Part shown: in pieces, positions 23,988 to 24,000 of the stretch
How the letters are laid out: each line of letters opens with the position of its first letter
Position numbering within the stretch: the stretch's first letter is position 1
Source: an uncultured Desulfovibrionaceae bacterium
GTDB taxonomy: Bacteria > Desulfobacterota > Desulfovibrionia > Desulfovibrionales > Desulfovibrionaceae
NCBI GenBank assembly: GCA_964593925.1
Contig: CAZQKM010000019.1
Span: forward strand, 19,081 to 43,080
DNA length: 24,000 nt
Reading direction: 5' to 3'
The notes under the pieces: model-generated
Databases searched by the model: none
What the model saw: only the letters and a program-made list of their open reading frames with translations
Told to the model about the DNA's origin: nothing
Made by a program: the position numbers and the translations under genes

Positions 23988-24000
23988 ATGACCATCAACA
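23988..24000 (+). CDS. 5' end of an unidentified CDS running out of the window
   Basis: GAAAGGAG (23974-23981) lies 6 nt upstream of ATG 23988 (MTIN...). Only 4 codons are visible. Confidence 0.3.

Noticed and set aside
1-24000. Scan for CRISPR arrays, IS elements or transposases, integrases, phage or defence-system genes, and tRNA/rRNA
   Set aside because: I found no regularly spaced repeats, terminal inverted repeats, recombinase-like ORFs or tRNA T-arm motifs. Every large ORF is accounted for by housekeeping, biosynthetic or envelope functions.

Overview
All calls come from reading the ORF translations and the DNA by eye. No BLAST or HMM search was run.

The window looks like an ordinary chromosomal region of intermediate GC content. 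I saw no rRNA, tRNA, CRISPR array, transposase or integrase. About 25 genes fall into six blocks:
1. 151-3114 (-): a type II secretion-like operon, with an A24 prepilin peptidase followed by GspI-, GspJ- and GspK-like minor pseudopilins whose coding regions overlap.
2. 3611-6315 (+): a Wzy_C/O-antigen-ligase-family membrane protein, translationally coupled (ATGA overlap) to a WbaP-type initiating phosphoglycosyltransferase.
3. 6417-7522: a Crp/Fnr-family regulator (-) and a small hypothetical protein (+).
4. 8000-11963 (-): gltX with a clean intrinsic terminator, preceded by a DUF2156-like protein and a MATE transporter.
5. 12109-20831: birA (-), divergent from a nine-gene biotin operon (+). 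The order is bioB, bioA, FabZ-like hotdog, FabG-like SDR, atypical ACP, FabF/B-type ketosynthase, degenerate hotdog, bioF, bioD. A TTGTAAACC-N15-TGTTGACAA BirA operator sits in front.
6. 20847-23859: lysA (-) and a divergent M20D amidohydrolase (+), separated by a long A-rich spacer.

The most interesting content is the five-gene fatty-acid-synthase-like cassette inside the bio operon. It is a candidate route to the pimeloyl moiety that does not use BioC/BioH, BioW, BioI or BioZ. Its two hotdog proteins each carry only one of the two FabZ catalytic residues: the first has the His, the second has the Glu. This bio-cluster architecture is the kind reported for Desulfovibrio-type bacteria, so I tentatively infer that lineage.
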